From: an uncultured Pseudomonadota bacterium
Lineage (GTDB): Bacteria; Oederibacteriota; Muellerivitia; Muellerivitales; Muellerivitaceae
Direction of reading: 5' to 3'
NCBI GenBank assembly: GCA_963843375.1
Contig: CAWJKT010000001.1
Coordinates: 64,001-128,000, forward strand
Length of the DNA: 64,000 nt
The notes beneath the pieces are model-generated. The model ran no database searches. It was not told the DNA's origin and saw only the letters and a list, made by a program, of their open reading frames with translations. Position numbers and translations under genes: made by a program. Positions 59,917 to 64,000 of this stretch are shown here, piece after piece. Each line of letters starts with the position of its first letter. Positions within the stretch are counted from its first letter, which is position 1.

Positions 59917-62328
59917 TTGGACGATCCTATAATGGAAAACTTTCTTATCTTTGGCGCTGTAAAATCTATCACCCATTCCTTTTTCCAGCCCCCCCCATTC
60001 CGCCGGGCCTTTTTATCCTTTTTGTTTTGTTCCTTCCTGATAGGAGGGGTGAACTTAGTTAACCCCGATGCCGCTCTTCCTTGCACTTTAACCAGCGCCA
60101 CCCTGAGTTGGGCCTCGGATGACGCGGGTGAAATTTTCATCAACGGCAATCAAGCCAACGTCTGCGGGGACGGCTGCTGGGTGGGCTTTAACAACATTTC
60201 CATTCCCTTGGCTTGGATCAATACCACGGGGGATAACGTGCTGGCGGCTTATACCTATTCGGTGGACACCGTTTTTAGCGGCACCACCTGGCTGCTCACC
60301 TTGGCTTATTCCGATTGCTCCAATACCTATGTTCAATCGGGCGATCCCTGCGTTCTGGACCAGTATTTGTACGATCCCAACTACGCCACGGGCTTGCCCG
60401 CCGCCGGCTCGTTCCCAGCCAACTGGACCATGACTTCCTTTAATGACTCCAGCTGGTCGGCTCCCCAAACGGTGGGTCCCGTTCCGGCGGTGTACCCGGA
60501 AGACGAAACGATCCCCAATCCTCTCGGAGGAGGTGTGGACTGGATTTGGGGCGCCTCGAATTGGATGACCGTCACCGATGGAGATGCGTACATGTACATC
60601 GAGCACTTTCAGGTGGGGGCATCAACCTGTCTCCCTTTCACCCCCACCCCCACTCCTTCAATGGTTTCCTCTTTCGGTTGTTTTGCCCAAAGCGGAGATG
60701 GGGGAGACGCGATCATTTCGGATGTCGGCGGCTACGCTGTCACCCCCCCCGCGTCCGCGGTCGTCGTAGAGGATGTGACCTCGGCCGCGCCCATGGATTG
60801 GCCGTTCTCATGCGGCGGCCAATGGATATCGGACAACATCAATGCCTTTGCCCTTTCATCGACACCCGCGACCATGGTGTTTCAACGAACCTTTTCCATC
60901 AGTTCCGCCATTATCAGCAGCGGTTCCTTTTCCGTATCCTTTGGCGCGGACGATTCAGCCTACTATGTTTTATCCAACAGCCTCAATCCCGCAGGAGTCA
61001 CCATCGCCTCTTCCATCCTCGATAAAAATTGCCAGGGACAGGCTTTTACCGGAAGCCTTTTGACCAGTTCGGGCCCCAACACATTGACCAGTTATTTGAT
61101 CAACACCACCAGCATATCCACCGGTGTTGGTTCCAATTACGGGTTTACCGGTCTTTATTATGAGCTTTGCGTTGCGGGAAACACGCCGACCCCAACCTCC
61201 ACCCCAACCTTTACTCCCACTCCCACCCCCGTGCCCACCTGCGTGCAATTCACGGACACCTACGGAAGTTCTTCAAGCTTGAGTAATTACAGCTATTACG
61301 ACGGGAGCTGGAACCCCTCCACGGCAGCGGGACTTTATTACAGTGTTGTGCCCTTTTATTTGGAACAAAACCCTGTGGGCACCACGGGTTATTCGTACCT
61401 GACGGTTAACAGCCCGGAGTTCCCAACGACCCTCTCCAGTTACACAGTGGAAGGGGACTTCATGCTGGGCACAGGAGGCCAGGGAGTCTTCGGGTTGGTG
61501 TTTCTTGCCAACGGCACCGGGAAAGAAGGCTATATCTTCCAATGGAACGGTCTCAACAACCGGTGGGAGATCGAGAAACAAGTGGGACCAGCCAGCTATT
61601 ACTACCCTGGATGCAACGCCATAGACCCTTATACTTTGGGAACCTGGGTGCATTTGGAGGTGGTGGTGAACGGGGATTCCTTCAGCGGATACGAAACCCC
61701 CGAAACGGCTCCCGGCGTGGGGCTGGGCACGACGGTACAAATTTTCAATGACGTTACGGACACCGTCGCCTGTCCCGGGACCAGCGGCTTGACGGCGCCT
61801 TACGCATCCGGTTCCCCCGGTATTCGCACCTACAATGTGGTCTCGGGGAATACCATTGATATCGCCAACTTCACCGCCTTTACCTGTCTGCTGTCGACGA
61901 CTCCCACTCCCACCAATAGCCCGACCAATACGCCCACTTTTTCCCCCACCAAAAGCCCCACCCCCACGGCGACCTTCACGATCACTTTTTCCCCCACAGT
62001 CACCCCGACTTTCACCCCCACCCTCACCATCACTCCCGTACCCACCTCAACCTCGACTTGCGTGATTAATGTTTGGCCCAACCCTTACAGTCTCCAATGG
62101 GCCATTGATCACGCCCTGAGGATCAGCTGCCTACCCCCGGGGGCGGAAGTTTATATCTATGACGTCTCGGGCGAATTGGTGAATAATTTCGGACCATCGG
62201 GGGACCCCACCGAGTGGTCCTGGGCGAAAAACCTGAGGGGACAATCCGTGTCGCCGGGGATTTACTTTTACGTGATCAAAAACGGCCAAACCGTCCTGCA
62301 AAAAGGAAAGTTTTTAATAACCCCTTGA
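59917..62328 (+). CDS. large secreted multidomain protein with Pro/Thr linkers and a FlgD/T9SS-CTD-like C-terminal domain
   Basis: Signal segment; lectin-like beta domains (ASDDAGEIFING, GADDSA, WVHLEVVVNG); three PT-repeat linkers; C-terminal WPNP...IYDVSGELV...GQSVSPGIYFYVIK. Confidence 0.8.
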   Translation: MDDPIMENFLIFGAVKSITHSFFQPPPFRRAFLSFLFCSFLIGGVNLVNPDAALPCTLTSATLSWASDDAGEIFINGNQANVCGDGCWVGFNNISIPLAWINTTGDNVLAAYTYSVDTVFSGTTWLLTLAYSDCSNTYVQSGDPCVLDQYLYDPNYATGLPAAGSFPANWTMTSFNDSSWSAPQTVGPVPAVYPEDETIPNPLGGGVDWIWGASNWMTVTDGDAYMYIEHFQVGASTCLPFTPTPTPSMVSSFGCFAQSGDGGDAIISDVGGYAVTPPASAVVVEDVTSAAPMDWPFSCGGQWISDNINAFALSSTPATMVFQRTFSISSAIISSGSFSVSFGADDSAYYVLSNSLNPAGVTIASSILDKNCQGQAFTGSLLTSSGPNTLTSYLINTTSISTGVGSNYGFTGLYYELCVAGNTPTPTSTPTFTPTPTPVPTCVQFTDTYGSSSSLSNYSYYDGSWNPSTAAGLYYSVVPFYLEQNPVGTTGYSYLTVNSPEFPTTLSSYTVEGDFMLGTGGQGVFGLVFLANGTGKEGYIFQWNGLNNRWEIEKQVGPASYYYPGCNAIDPYTLGTWVHLEVVVNGDSFSGYETPETAPGVGLGTTVQIFNDVTDTVACPGTSGLTAPYASGSPGIRTYNVVSGNTIDIANFTAFTCLLSTTPTPTNSPTNTPTFSPTKSPTPTATFTITFSPTVTPTFTPTLTITPVPTSTSTCVINVWPNPYSLQWAIDHALRISCLPPGAEVYIYDVSGELVNNFGPSGDPTEWSWAKNLRGQSVSPGIYFYVIKNGQTVLQKGKFLITP

Positions 62329-62560
62329 GGGCCCGAGGCGGGCCGCTCTTTCCGCCTATAGCCCGCCCCCTATTCCCCTTCGTTTTTTTAGACAAAAAAC
62401 CACTCCGACGGATCAATCCTATGAAAAGAAATATTTTCATTGGGATGGTTACATTTTGTTACAAAAAAGTGCAAAATCGGAAATCATTCAAGGGCAACCT
62501 TCGTGTATCTTGAGGGGCTTAAGAGAAGGGTTATAACGAATTTTCTTTGCGAGGATAAAA

Positions 62561-63266
62561 ATGTCCGACATCGTCTCCATTCAGAACGTCTTTAAGGAAT
62601 ATCCCCTCGACAAGGTGGTGGTTCCGGCCTTGCAGGGCGTGAGCCTTTCGGTGACCCCGGGCGATTTCCTTTCCATCGTGGGGCCCTCGGGTTCCGGCAA
62701 GACCACCCTTTTGAACCTGATCGGTTGCGTGGACGTGGCTACCTCCGGCACTGTCTTGATCGATGGCCACGACACCAAGAGCCTTAACGACCGGCAGTTG
62801 ACTGACCTAAGCGCTTCATACCCTGGGATTCATCTTCCAGAGCTTCAACCTGGTGCCGGTGCTTTCGGTGTTCCAAAACGTGGAATTTCCCCTGCTTCTA
62901 CAGCGCAAGTACACGAAGGGCGAGAGGGCCCAAAGGGTGGACTCGCTTCTTTCCAAGGTGGGGCTGGACAAGCACACCAAGCACCGTCCCAGCGAACTTT
63001 CCGGCGGCCAGCGCCAAAGGGTGGCCATCGCCCGAGCCCTGGTGACCCGCCCCAAGATCGTTCTGGCGGACGAGCCCACCGCCAACCTGGATTCGGTGAC
63101 CGGAGAAAACATCATCGATCTGATGAAAGAAATGAACCAGCAGGAAAAGACCACCTTCATTTTTTCAACCCACGACGCAAAGGTCATGTCCCACGCTAAT
63201 TCGGTGATCAGGTTGGCGGACGGAAAGATATTGGACGGCCAGACGACCGCGGCCGGGAGCCACTAA
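62561..63266 (+). CDS. ABC transporter ATP-binding protein (LolD/MacB-like), +1 frameshift near 62810
   Basis: GPSGSGKTT, LSGGQRQRVAIARAL, LADEPTANLD, STHD; removing 1 nt gives 234 aa. Confidence 0.92.
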
Positions 63267-64000
63267 TGAACGGCTGGCTCCAGCTTCTCTTCCAAACCTC
63301 GTTCCGGAATATCTTTTCCAGTTTCCTGAACATGGTAATCGGGTTCATCATTTTGGCAGGCACCTTCTTCTTCGTGGTAGGCGGTTCGCTTGTGGATAGC
63401 ATGGACAAGGCCATGAGCCGGAGCATCATCGGCTCGGTGGCGGGCAACGCCCAGGTTTACGAAGCCTCTTCCCAGGATTCCCCGGCCCTCTTCGAGAGCT
63501 GGCAAATCCCCGACCTGGACCCTATTCCGGATTTTTCCAAAATCAAGGAACCGCTGATGTCCGACCCCAACGTTCAAAGCGTGGTGCCGGAGGGCATCAA
63601 CACCGCTATCGTGGTTTACGGTAATACAATCGATCAAATCTTGGAAAAGCTCCGAAAAGCCGAATCGCCGGGAACCCGTGAGCCCAAAGAAGTCGTCGAG
63701 AGCCTCAAAGCCCACGTTCGGCACATGGTTTCGGTTATCCAGACCGATATGGGAAAGGTTAGCCAAATCTCCTCTAACGGCGCCTTCGACCCGGACGCCA
63801 ACCAAAACCTAGCTAAGGCCTCTTCAGACGCTTTTTGGAACAGCTTCGACCAGGACCCCTTCAACCACCTGGAATTCCTGGAAAACAAGATCGCCTATCT
63901 CATCCCGGACTCGGACCAGATTTTTCTTTCTTATGTGGGCACGGACTTGGACGCCTTCGCCAAGTCTTTCGACCGCATGCAGATTGTCGATGGACAGATG
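63266..64000 (+). CDS. ABC transporter permease (FtsX/MacB-like), 3' end runs off the window
   Basis: ATG overlaps the ATPase stop (TAATG); MNGWLQLLFQTSFRNIFSS, TM helix, then SLVDSMDKAMSRSIIGSVAG periplasmic domain; not in the ORF track. Confidence 0.8.
   Translation, partial: MNGWLQLLFQTSFRNIFSSFLNMVIGFIILAGTFFFVVGGSLVDSMDKAMSRSIIGSVAGNAQVYEASSQDSPALFESWQIPDLDPIPDFSKIKEPLMSDPNVQSVVPEGINTAIVVYGNTIDQILEKLRKAESPGTREPKEVVESLKAHVRHMVSVIQTDMGKVSQISSNGAFDPDANQNLAKASSDAFWNSFDQDPFNHLEFLENKIAYLIPDSDQIFLSYVGTDLDAFAKSFDRMQIVDGQM

Noticed and set aside
61170..62060. ACNCCN tandem repeats as a CRISPR or VNTR
   Set aside because: They are degenerate codons for Pro/Thr linkers inside a CDS; no constant repeat-spacer structure and no cas genes.

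Overview
A chromosomal window from a diderm bacterium (TolC, several outer-membrane beta-barrels, lipoproteins). I found no rRNA, tRNA, CRISPR array, transposase, integrase or phage gene. From left to right: (1) a minus-strand envelope-stress/efflux cluster (ECF sigma, zf-HC2 anti-sigma, Spy/CpxP-like protein, TolC, then two tandem RND permease paralogs) with no membrane-fusion adaptor in view; (2) GH2, NHL-repeat, OMP and lipoprotein genes; (3) a sigma54-dependent response regulator; (4) an atypical HU/IHF gene, TPR-SpoIID, GGCT and GrpB; (5) a c-di-GMP/receiver signalling island (PilZ, STAS, REC-PAS-GGDEF-EAL, GAF-GGDEF, several stand-alone receivers, no histidine kinase); (6) P450, cysteine desulfurase, an SBP-MCP pair, pgi and class II ribonucleotide reductase nrdJ; (7) DoxX/HxlR, VOC, MDR oxidoreductase, TylF-like and ParB-like small genes; (8) a GT39-PA14 glycosyltransferase near a Pro/Thr-linker secreted protein, and a LolD/FtsX-type ABC exporter running off the right end. 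At least nine genes, including pgi and nrdJ, carry 1-nt indels, mostly in short homopolymers. These are probably long-read consensus errors. The best candidates for something new are the adaptor-less tandem RND system (one copy has a 105-aa insertion with two extra predicted TM helices; the sigma gene appears to start at ATT and has twin ECF promoters), the composite nrdJ promoter, and nonamer-based REP-like intergenic elements. All functional calls come from motif recognition by eye; no database searches were run.
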